Positions 27,598-35,507 of a stretch of 39,617 nucleotides of DNA are shown here, piece by piece (position 1 is the stretch's first letter; each line of letters begins with the position of its first letter). The DNA is from Clostridia bacterium (lineage in GTDB: Bacteria > Bacillota > Clostridia > Oscillospirales > CAG-272): contig JAKSPQ010000001.1 of the NCBI GenBank assembly GCA_024404665.1, positions 1-39,617 on the forward strand. Direction: 5' to 3'. The notes under the pieces were generated by a model. It was not told where the DNA came from. It did no database searches and was given only the letters and a program-made list of their open reading frames with translations. The position numbers were made by a program, and so were the translations under genes.

Positions 27598-28449
27598 TTA
27601 GTACCCAAAAGAAAAAGATTCAAGCGATTGTTTCAGCAATGGAATTGAGTTTGGAATTGTCATTTTAAAAGCGTGAATGTGCGAGAGTGCATTAACAGCA
27701 TTGTTGATACATTCAAAAGGAAGGTATTCGTTTCCAATGATATTGTTCGCCAAAAGGATTTGTTTCTTGATTTTTGAACCGATCTCTTTTGTTTCGATTT
27801 TCTCTGAATCATGTCTATCGAGATAAAAAATGCGCCCCAAAGTGGTGCTGCTTTTGTTGGAAGCCATAAGGTCAATCGCAGAATCAGGGAAAAAGTATGC
27901 TTTCCCGGAAATGTTATATCCCTTGGTTTGTGAAAGTTCGCGATGGTCGAGAATCGATTTATCAATCCGAATGAATGAACCTGAGGAGCAACAAAGGTGC
28001 GGGCAGGCTAGAGAGACGCATATGGTATCATCTCCGACAAACGGGTAATAGGAAGACATCAAGTAGGTGAGAGTTGATTTTCCCACCTTTTTATTACCGG
28101 AAAAGATACATATTTTATCGTTTATCAATACTGCCGACCCATGAATCAAAACGCATTCTTTTGAGATTGCCAAAAAAACGCCGAATGGAATATTGAAAAC
28201 AGATGATACTACTTTGTTAATGTCATCGGAAAAAACCGTGATGTTTTTTTGGAGGGGATCTATCAAATACACCAAATTAAAATGAAAATCAATGATGATT
28301 TTATCATTCTTAAGCGATTCATTGTATTCAGAGAAGGAATGAACGCAGATGTCTAAATCAACCTCGGATGACGGATTGTATTCTGTAAGAATGTCAATTT
28401 GAAAATTTGTACGGGTTATGATTCCGTAAATCATATAGTATTTATTCAT
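27598..28449 (-). CDS. HPr-kinase-like serine kinase (HprK C-terminal domain homologue)
   Basis: The motif IHGSAVLINDKICIFSGNKKVGKSTLTYLMSSYYPFVGDDTICV matches the HprK catalytic/P-loop region. The ATG at 28449 overlaps the ABC stop by 8 nt. An upstream in-frame start at 28482 is possible. Confidence 0.78.
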   Translation of the reverse strand: MNKYYMIYGIITRTNFQIDILTEYNPSSEVDLDICVHSFSEYNESLKNDKIIIDFHFNLVYLIDPLQKNITVFSDDINKVVSSVFNIPFGVFLAISKECVLIHGSAVLINDKICIFSGNKKVGKSTLTYLMSSYYPFVGDDTICVSLACPHLCCSSGSFIRIDKSILDHRELSQTKGYNISGKAYFFPDSAIDLMASNKSSTTLGRIFYLDRHDSEKIETKEIGSKIKKQILLANNIIGNEYLPFECINNAVNALSHIHAFKMTIPNSIPLLKQSLESFSFGY

Positions 28450-30217
28450 AGCAAGAACTCTGAGCAGTATACATTTTGGCATATAGACCGTTCATGCTCA
28501 TCAAATCATCGTGATTTCCTTCCTCGGTTATACATCCGTTCTCAATGACCAGTATGCGGTCTGCTTTTCGGCAGAATACTAATCTGTGAGATACAATGAT
28601 CATTGAGCGGTTTTGTGTTGTGCTTAGAATATTTTCAATCAAATCTCTTTCCATAATTGGATCCAATGAATTTGACGGCTCATCAAGAACCAATATCTTT
28701 GATGACCTGAGAAGTGCTCTTGCCAGGAAAAGGCGTTGCTCTTCTCCTCCGGATAAGACAATACCTTTTTTATCAAATGATCTTTTCAACTGTACGTCAT
28801 AGCCCTTGGGATTATCCGCAAACTTCTCAGTCATTTGGACTTTTTCCAAAGCTTTAGTGATTTCCGTGTCCGAATATGAATGGCCAAAGGTCAGGTTGGT
28901 TCTTAGTGTATCGGGATAGAGTATGCCATCTTGAAACACTACAGCCATCTGCCTCCTTAAAGACACGAGGTCATATGATTTGATGTCTCGGCCGTCGATC
29001 AGTATTTCTCCTTCTTGTGGATCATACAGGCGGAATAAAAGTTTGGTAATTGTTGTTTTTCCGGCACCATTTTCTCCTACGAGACACACATGTTCTTGGG
29101 GGCGAATAACAAAAGACAAATTATTTAAGGTCGGATGGTCACAGTTGGGATATGTGAAAGAGACGTTTTTGAATTCAATAATATAGCTGTCTCTATCGGG
29201 AAGGGGAATTTGTGAATCGGTGGAGAGCTCAACAGTGCATTCCTCATTTAATATTGCTCTCAAATCGTCGATGAAGCGTGATTGTTGCCCGAGAGACGGA
29301 ACATTGGCTACCAACGTGTTTAACTGTTGTGTCAATGAAGTGACTGCATTGACTATTGACATAAATGATCCCAAAGTGATGATTCCGCCTATGATATCTT
29401 TTGAGACCAACAGCATTACAGCCAAAGAGGCTAACGAAGCAACCAATGCCTCTAAATATAGCCATGAGTTGGTTTTGTGACAGTATTTGAGATTTTGTTT
29501 GATATTATTCTCTTGTTCTTTTGAGTAATAATCGATATAAAAGTTTCCCGAGTCATACATTCTCAACTCTTTTAGCGTTACCGAAGACCAAAACAGTGCG
29601 GCTAAATAATTATTGGTATGTCTTTTTGCGCGGGTCAAAACAACACTTTTCTCGTATTCCAATTTGTTGTTTTTTGATAGAACAACGTAAGATATTAAGA
29701 CGCTGATACAGGCTATTAGGAAAAATAAAAAATTATGTGTCAGAATTTGAATTAGTGACACGATTGAAACAATAGTAATAAAGCTGGAGAACAAAGAAAT
29801 ATAAGTCCCCGCCAGTCGTTGTATCGCACCGTCCGCTTGCTTGAGTGCTCTCGTTTTTTTGTCGTAAAAATCAGGGTCATCAAAGCATCTGAAATCCAAA
29901 ACAAGGGCTTTTACCATCATTTCTGTTGTCATACGAAGCGATAAAGACGAAAAGGCTTTTTCGGTGTAATAATTCGTGAAAATGGTAAAGATCTCACAAA
30001 TCAGCAGAATGAGGACGTATGTCAATACAACTGGCAATACTTGAGTGATTGTTGAAGCAGAAGCTACAGCATCAAGTATTTTACCAATAAAATAAATGCT
30101 TGACACATATCTCAATGCCTGGAACAGTCCGCAAAGGAAAAAGAACAGAAAAACAAAAGGGTTGTATTTCCACAAAAAAACGGACATAAAGGAAATGTTT
30201 TTAATAGTATGTCTCAT
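28442..30217 (-). CDS. ABC exporter, fused permease + ATPase (no N-terminal C39 peptidase domain)
   Basis: 591 aa. About six N-terminal TM segments are followed by Walker A (LVGENGAGKTT), signature (LSGGEEQR) and Walker B (ILVLDEPSNSLD). An ATGA overlap joins it to the radical SAM gene. Confidence 0.9.
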   Translation of the reverse strand: MRHTIKNISFMSVFLWKYNPFVFLFFFLCGLFQALRYVSSIYFIGKILDAVASASTITQVLPVVLTYVLILLICEIFTIFTNYYTEKAFSSLSLRMTTEMMVKALVLDFRCFDDPDFYDKKTRALKQADGAIQRLAGTYISLFSSFITIVSIVSLIQILTHNFLFFLIACISVLISYVVLSKNNKLEYEKSVVLTRAKRHTNNYLAALFWSSVTLKELRMYDSGNFYIDYYSKEQENNIKQNLKYCHKTNSWLYLEALVASLASLAVMLLVSKDIIGGIITLGSFMSIVNAVTSLTQQLNTLVANVPSLGQQSRFIDDLRAILNEECTVELSTDSQIPLPDRDSYIIEFKNVSFTYPNCDHPTLNNLSFVIRPQEHVCLVGENGAGKTTITKLLFRLYDPQEGEILIDGRDIKSYDLVSLRRQMAVVFQDGILYPDTLRTNLTFGHSYSDTEITKALEKVQMTEKFADNPKGYDVQLKRSFDKKGIVLSGGEEQRLFLARALLRSSKILVLDEPSNSLDPIMERDLIENILSTTQNRSMIIVSHRLVFCRKADRILVIENGCITEEGNHDDLMSMNGLYAKMYTAQSSCYE

Positions 30218-31572
30218 TCCTCAGCCTCCTCTTCATCATCTTCTTCAGTATCGTCACGGTTCTTAAGAAGCGATGCGAAATACATTGTCATCATTTTGTC
30301 AACAAGTGGATGAAAGGTGTTGCAACTTGCAATTCCTTCCTTTAACCATTGGGCCGGGCAAGTACCTCCATAGCAGACAGGGAGATCTTTACAGCTAATG
30401 CATCCCCGGGCTTTAATTGCGGATTCCGGAGCTGAGAGCCATTGTCTGTGTTTTTTTTCATCAATATCAAATATACCGTTGTTAACGAAACCAATTTTAT
30501 TGATTGCATCATCATCCAGGTATTCAGTACATTTTCTAATCGTTCCATCAACATCGATAACCAGACAATGCTTGTTTCTTGCATAACATAATGGTGCTGC
30601 GGGATTTAAATTTGAGTAGTATTCCTCAATTCCGATATTGTTTTCGGCAAAGACATCGAAAATATAATCCTGTGCCAGTATTTCAGCTTTGTTTGAAACA
30701 AAATCATACTTGAGCTTTGTGTTTGATGGCGGGTTGATCTTAGCACAGAAAAAATGAAATCTAGGGTCGTCAAAATCAGCCTTCAATCCCAATAGGATTT
30801 CGGGTAAACGTTCTAGCATATCCGTATGATAATTGATCCGAATTCTGATATCTATATTCTGAAGATCGGTTTCTTTGATTGACATTAGATTGGAGTGTAT
30901 TCTGTCCCAGGTTCCGTCTCCGTTTTTTAAAACACGAAGCTCATCATGGAAATGCTTGTTTCCGTCAAGAGTGATCTGATATGTTGTCAACTTCAATTTG
31001 GCCAATTCTTTGGCTTTTTGTGATGTCAAAAGATACCCGTTGGTTGTCATTGACATCCAAAAGGCAATTGATGTATTGTCGCAGTATTCTTTCAGTGCTC
31101 TTGCTATTAATACTATTTGATCGAAACATAACATGGGCTCCCCTCCAAACCACTCAATATGAAGTGCCTTGATTTGGGGATGGATTTGCAAATAATGAAT
31201 GGTTCCGCGAATTATATTCTTGATTAAATCGCTATCGTAGAACTCGGTCCGTTTTTCTTCATAACAATAAGTGCATCTGAAATTGCATTCTCTTGTCGGA
31301 AGCAAAATAAGACGGAGGGTCTCTCCGTCATTTAATAGTTTATTAACGAAATTAATCGCATCGACAGTTTCATCGCGGTTTTCCGGAACTAAAACGCCGG
31401 CTTTTACCAGTCGATTATCAGGGGCCTCAAGATACCCGTTAGCCGAACGTTTTAATTCTGAAAGCAGTTCATCATCAAATATTCTTGCTTTAAAACCGCG
31501 TAGCGAATTGTATATGCACAACTCACCGTCGATGTTATAAAATCTGATATATTTGGATAATTTGTACTTCAT
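30214..31572 (-). CDS. Radical SAM / SPASM-domain peptide maturase
   Basis: 452 aa. The rSAM cluster is LLPTRECNFRCTYCYEE (CxxxCxxC), about 95 aa from the N terminus, leaving room for an RRE/PqqD-like leader-binding domain. C-terminal auxiliary-cluster Cys motifs are CLVIDVDGTIRKC and CISCKDLPVCYGGTC...C. A polyacidic tail (DDTEEDDEEEAEE) ends the protein. The start lies 3 nt after the precursor stop. Confidence 0.9.
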   Translation of the reverse strand: MKYKLSKYIRFYNIDGELCIYNSLRGFKARIFDDELLSELKRSANGYLEAPDNRLVKAGVLVPENRDETVDAINFVNKLLNDGETLRLILLPTRECNFRCTYCYEEKRTEFYDSDLIKNIIRGTIHYLQIHPQIKALHIEWFGGEPMLCFDQIVLIARALKEYCDNTSIAFWMSMTTNGYLLTSQKAKELAKLKLTTYQITLDGNKHFHDELRVLKNGDGTWDRIHSNLMSIKETDLQNIDIRIRINYHTDMLERLPEILLGLKADFDDPRFHFFCAKINPPSNTKLKYDFVSNKAEILAQDYIFDVFAENNIGIEEYYSNLNPAAPLCYARNKHCLVIDVDGTIRKCTEYLDDDAINKIGFVNNGIFDIDEKKHRQWLSAPESAIKARGCISCKDLPVCYGGTCPAQWLKEGIASCNTFHPLVDKMMTMYFASLLKNRDDTEEDDEEEAEE

Positions 31573-31575
31573 ATG

Positions 31576-31749
31576 TTAAGAGGAGCATCCGCATGAAGCT
31601 GTGGTATTGGTTTGACAAGCGCTGCACCCGCATTGAACAACCGTGTTACACACACTACATCCGCATCTGGAAACAGTGTTGCATTTGCTGCATGAGGTCT
31701 GTGCTGCTTTTGAATCTAATAATTGAAACAAGTCCTCGAATATTTCCAT
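31576..31749 (-). CDS. Cys-rich RiPP precursor peptide (57 aa), not in the supplied ORF track
   Basis: My own translation of the minus strand gives MEIFEDLFQLLDSKAAQTSCSKCNTVSRCGCSVCNTVVQCGCSACQTNTTASCGCSS*. An AGAGGG SD lies 8-9 nt upstream and a consensus promoter about 35 nt upstream. The stop lies 3 nt before the rSAM ATG. It has an acidic/hydrophobic leader, 10 Cys and three CGCS repeats. Confidence 0.75.
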   Translation of the reverse strand: MEIFEDLFQLLDSKAAQTSCSKCNTVSRCGCSVCNTVVQCGCSACQTNTTASCGCSS

Positions 31750-31784
31750 AAAGAGAGCCCTCTTTCTAAGAATATTTTTATATT

Positions 31785-31813
31785 ATTATAACATAGTTCA
31801 ATTCAAAAGTCAA
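31785..31813 (-). promoter_or_regulatory. Consensus sigma-A promoter of the RiPP-like operon
   Basis: On the minus strand: TTGACT (31813-31808), a 17-nt spacer, then TATAAT (31790-31785). Confidence 0.65.
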
Positions 31814-31936
31814 TAGATTCTTTATTACTGGATTTATGTTGTTGTAGTGTTACAATTGATGCCCGAGTCCCTATTTTGCACGAAAACAACGTTTTTTGCT
31901 CAAAAATAACCTTAAAAAAGCCATTTTCAAGGCGAA

Positions 31937-31980
31937 AACAGCCGAAATCCTTCATTTTGGACATCGGCTGTTTTTGTTTT
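31937..31980 (+). terminator. Orphan terminator-like hairpin plus T-tract with no upstream plus-strand gene
   Basis: The stem pairs cagccga (31939-31945) with tcggctg (31964-31970) and has an inner tcc/gga pair. It is followed by tttttgtttt. It sits in the 390-bp non-coding gap at the right edge of the AT-rich island. Confidence 0.35.
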
Positions 31981-32091
31981 CCGGTAAACTCGGGTTATAT
32001 CAGATTTTATTGCCTTTGTCCTGCTTTTTTTTTAATAATTAACGTCAGGACTTCGGTTCCACCCCAACATTAATTTTAGAACCCTGATTAA

Positions 32092-32134
32092 AACCGGATG
32101 CGGCAAAAGTCAAAAGCTTTTGCCGCATCCGGTT
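32092..32134. terminator. Strong hairpin terminator 3' of the GH-A hydrolase gene
   Basis: The 18-bp perfect stem is aaccggatgcggcaaaag / cttttgccgcatccggtt. On the minus strand it is followed by TTTTAAT, and it starts 3 nt after the stop codon. Confidence 0.8.
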
Positions 32135-32137
32135 GTT

Positions 32138-33481
32138 TTAGAGTTCAAAATAAATCGTCTGATACTGTCCGAGGGTGAACTGCTTGCAGTTGATTTTTTT
32201 CGGTGTCAGGAAATGCTTTTCGTCTATGGCGTAGGCGGAAAAGCCCGCATCGAGGTTGGTCCTCACGAGCTTTTTTTCAGCGTTGTTGGTAATAAGAACG
32301 CCTTTTTTGGCGCCATCGGTCGCGGCGATGGCGTAGAGACCGTCGCCGGTGTCACCGGTGAGCTCGACCTCGTTTCCCATGGCATAAAGCTTGCCGAAGG
32401 CTGTAAAGGAGTAAAGCGTGCAATAGGGAGTCCTCGTTGTGGGATCAAAAAAGCCGGCGTATACGCTTGTGCCGTAGCGGGCATCGTAAAAGCACATCAT
32501 CGACATTTTTGTCGCATGCATGGCGATCATCATCGCGGCAACATCGGCTGCCGCTTTGGTTGTTCCGCGGGTTTCGCGGGTTCGGTCGGTATTCCACTCG
32601 TTCAGGTGGATTTCAACGTCGGGGAAGCCGGCCCTCGCAAGAAGCTCTTCGGCGTATTTCTGAACTTTTGTTGTAAGTCTGACGTCCATGTAGCTGTGGT
32701 GTGAGAAGAAATCAAAGGGGATACTGTCGCGTTTGATACGCTCCAGAAATCCTTCCAGGAATTTTGTGTGATATATCGCGCGTTCTTCCCAGTGGGTTAT
32801 CTCGTGAGGCGCTTTATACTTCTCCGATTCGCGCATATATCCGAGATAAAGCCCCGTCGATGCATAGCCTCCGACCTTTATACTGTCTCCGAAGCATTTC
32901 TTCAGATGCGTGGCTGTTGCCGCGTACAGATCGTAATACTGCAGAGCGGTGCCCTTCCACATGTTGTTGAGGGCGATGTCCTCCTCGTTGTCTGGCTCGT
33001 TCCAGATTTCCCAATAGGTGATGCCGTAGCGGAAACCGTCGGCCCAGCCCTCGTTGTAATGGCGGACGATGTGCTCGCAGATGCGCGCCCATTTTTCAGG
33101 ATCACGGGGCGGGAATATGCGGTAAGCCTTAATCATATGGGCGTTTTCGATGGTTACGCCAAGGCGGAAGTAGGGCTCAAGGCCCCAGGCCATCATCTTT
33201 TCCAGCAGAGCGTCCGTAAAAGCGAAATCGTATGAGGCGGGATCGTTTTCATCGGCCTCGAAATCACGGAAAAGATTCGGAACGTCAACGAAAAAGTAAC
33301 TGCCGAAATCCCCGTAAGTGTCGTGAAGACGCGAGTAAGGAATGTTTGCCTCCTTCAGATAGTGAAAGAGGGAATCGTCAATTCCGTCGTCTCCGACACC
33401 GAGAGGCGGCTGGCCGACTGCGTGCATGGGCTTTATTTTCCCTACTGTTTTGCCGAAATCAAAAATAAGCTTTTTATTCAT
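32138..33481 (-). CDS. Clan GH-A glycoside hydrolase (GH39/GH5-like TIM barrel), cytoplasmic
   Basis: 447 aa. The acid/base context is YWEIWNEPDN and the candidate nucleophile context is EIHLNEWNT. There is no signal peptide. Confidence 0.8.
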   Translation of the reverse strand: MNKKLIFDFGKTVGKIKPMHAVGQPPLGVGDDGIDDSLFHYLKEANIPYSRLHDTYGDFGSYFFVDVPNLFRDFEADENDPASYDFAFTDALLEKMMAWGLEPYFRLGVTIENAHMIKAYRIFPPRDPEKWARICEHIVRHYNEGWADGFRYGITYWEIWNEPDNEEDIALNNMWKGTALQYYDLYAATATHLKKCFGDSIKVGGYASTGLYLGYMRESEKYKAPHEITHWEERAIYHTKFLEGFLERIKRDSIPFDFFSHHSYMDVRLTTKVQKYAEELLARAGFPDVEIHLNEWNTDRTRETRGTTKAAADVAAMMIAMHATKMSMMCFYDARYGTSVYAGFFDPTTRTPYCTLYSFTAFGKLYAMGNEVELTGDTGDGLYAIAATDGAKKGVLITNNAEKKLVRTNLDAGFSAYAIDEKHFLTPKKINCKQFTLGQYQTIYFEL

Positions 33482-33513
33482 ATTATTATCCTTTCACGGA
33501 TGGAGTTGTTTTT

Positions 33514-35136
33514 TCATGTTGCGGGAAACACGGTGTGTTCGATAAACCCTTTTGCGAACACTTCGTAATCCTCAAGATTGATTGCAGATGCGGATTCGCT
33601 CAGCTCCTTCATGATGCTCAGCGCATTTTCATCGCAGAGCGCTGCGACGGCGCCCTTCAGCGCTGTGTTTCCCACGGTTTCCGTTCGGTATTTGAAGCAC
33701 TCGGGAATCATGCCGATGACGGCTGCGTTTTCGGGATTCATATAAAACCCGAAGCCTCCCGCGATGAAAACCCTGCCGCCGGCAGCGATAAAGCTCTCCG
33801 GCGTGTAATCAGCCGCGGCCAAAAGGGTTTCCGTTCCGGCGTAAATTGCGCTTTTTGCAAGCTGAATCTGTCTGATATCGCCCTGCGTGAGCATTACGGA
33901 CGGAACCGCTTCCGGCTTGGCTAAGCCTCCCTGTGGGTATATCCGCAGCTCCGGGGAGGTATCGTGTGAGCCGCTGAGTACGGCCGGAGCTCCGAAAAGC
34001 CTGAGACGGCCGTCTTTTTCAAGGAGACCGGATCTGAGCAGAAATGCCGTAAAATCAAGAAGACCGCTGCCGCATATGCCGTTTGCCGGCGCATTTCCGA
34101 CCGTTCTGTAAATCAGATGTCCGTCGATGGCTCTTACAGAACAAACCGCTCCGGCTACTCCGCCTGTGCCGCAGGAAATATTGGCTCCTTCAAAAGCAGG
34201 ACCTGCAGCTGCCGATGTGGCCAAAAGCCGTCCTGGGCCTTCAGCCGGCCTTTTTTCGGAGCCTATGTCAAGCACCATTTCGGCGTTTGTTCCTATATCG
34301 AGGAGGAGCTTCGGCGCATCGGATCTGCCGAATTCAAGGGAATACATTCCGGCGGTTATGTCGCCGCCGTCAAAAGCGGATATCGACGGAAGAAGTGTGA
34401 TACCGTTCACTGGCAGACCGAGCTCCTTGCCCGGGATAACGCGCGCGTCCCTGAAGGCGGGAGTGAACGGATAACGTCCCATCCCCTCGGGTGAAATGCC
34501 GGCAAACAGGTGCAGCATCGTCGCGTTTCCGGCAACGGTCATGTCGGGCGGGGCTTCCGCGTCGCTCCCGAACCCGGGCAGAAGCTTCTCCAGAAGCTCT
34601 CTTACGGCTTTTGTTACGCTGCTCTGCAATTCGTTCAGATGCCCCGCCGATGCAGCCGTTATTCGGCTGATTACATCGGCGCCGAAAGCGGCCTGAGGAT
34701 TTAAGCACGATGCCGTCGCTGCGATTTTTCGGGTTTTCAGATTAACCTTCGCAGCCGCAATAGTGGTTGTTCCAATGTCGAGCGCGATGCCGAAGGGGCC
34801 GTCATTTCCCGCATCTTCAGTCGGCAATTCAAGACCTCTTCCAACCGGGTTACGTATCGCAATATGTGTGCATTCCTTTGAGCAGTAAGCCTTGCAGGCG
34901 GGAACCGTTCCGTTTTCATCCGGAATAAGGGGGACTCCGTTCTTGTCCGTGAGCTTCCCCTTCAATACTTTTACCCGGCACTTACCGCAGGTTCCGTTTC
35001 CCCCGCAGGGCATGCTGATTGAATGACCGAGCACGGGGAGTACGGAGGCTAGTTTCATTCCCACTGTCCCCAGCGGTATTTTAACAATGATTTCGTTCTT
35101 GTCTTTTTTCATTGGCTTTATCTCGGTTTTCGGCAT
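33514..35136 (-). CDS. 2Fe-2S ferredoxin + ASKHA (DUF4445/RACo-like) protein
   Basis: 540 aa. The N-terminal plant-type ferredoxin Cys pattern is PCGGNGTCGKCRV ... PACKAYC. An ASKHA phosphate-1 motif GIALDIGTTTIAAAKV follows. This architecture matches reductive activators of corrinoid enzymes. Confidence 0.82.
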   Translation of the reverse strand: MPKTEIKPMKKDKNEIIVKIPLGTVGMKLASVLPVLGHSISMPCGGNGTCGKCRVKVLKGKLTDKNGVPLIPDENGTVPACKAYCSKECTHIAIRNPVGRGLELPTEDAGNDGPFGIALDIGTTTIAAAKVNLKTRKIAATASCLNPQAAFGADVISRITAASAGHLNELQSSVTKAVRELLEKLLPGFGSDAEAPPDMTVAGNATMLHLFAGISPEGMGRYPFTPAFRDARVIPGKELGLPVNGITLLPSISAFDGGDITAGMYSLEFGRSDAPKLLLDIGTNAEMVLDIGSEKRPAEGPGRLLATSAAAGPAFEGANISCGTGGVAGAVCSVRAIDGHLIYRTVGNAPANGICGSGLLDFTAFLLRSGLLEKDGRLRLFGAPAVLSGSHDTSPELRIYPQGGLAKPEAVPSVMLTQGDIRQIQLAKSAIYAGTETLLAAADYTPESFIAAGGRVFIAGGFGFYMNPENAAVIGMIPECFKYRTETVGNTALKGAVAALCDENALSIMKELSESASAINLEDYEVFAKGFIEHTVFPAT

Positions 35137-35423
35137 TCGGAATGGATGATAAGCGTATATTGCGGGATTAAGGTCGGAATTTATGTCGGCGTGCAGAAAA
35201 CAAAAGCCCGGCGGAAATCCCCGGTGCGGCTGTTTCCGTGCCGTCCTAAATCCATAGTAATTTTATCATAATACCCCGGTGTTGTCAACATGATAATTAT
35301 AGGATGTAAAAATAAACAAAAGCTCCCGAAACGGTTTCAGCTTCCGTATACGCGAGCAGTATGCGGGATATACGCCTCCCTGCCTGATTAATCACCGAGA
35401 GTGTGTGATTTCGGATAAGTCTA

Positions 35424-35452
35424 TTGCTTTTTTTACGGGAGTGTGTTATAAT
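35424..35452 (+). promoter_or_regulatory. Extended -10 promoter of the GH10-like gene
   Basis: TTGCTT (35424-35429), a 17-nt spacer, then TGtTATAAT (-10 at 35447-35452). Confidence 0.55.
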
Positions 35453-35507
35453 TAAAAAAATCGCAGAGCCTTTGGGCTCCGGTCTGAATAATGAGTTTGG
35501 AGAAAAA

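Noticed and set aside
31876-32073. 65-aa plus-strand ORF in the gap right of the RiPP promoter
   Set aside because: It has no SD and a hydrophobic, low-complexity translation. It contains the orphan terminator-like hairpin. I treat it as non-coding.
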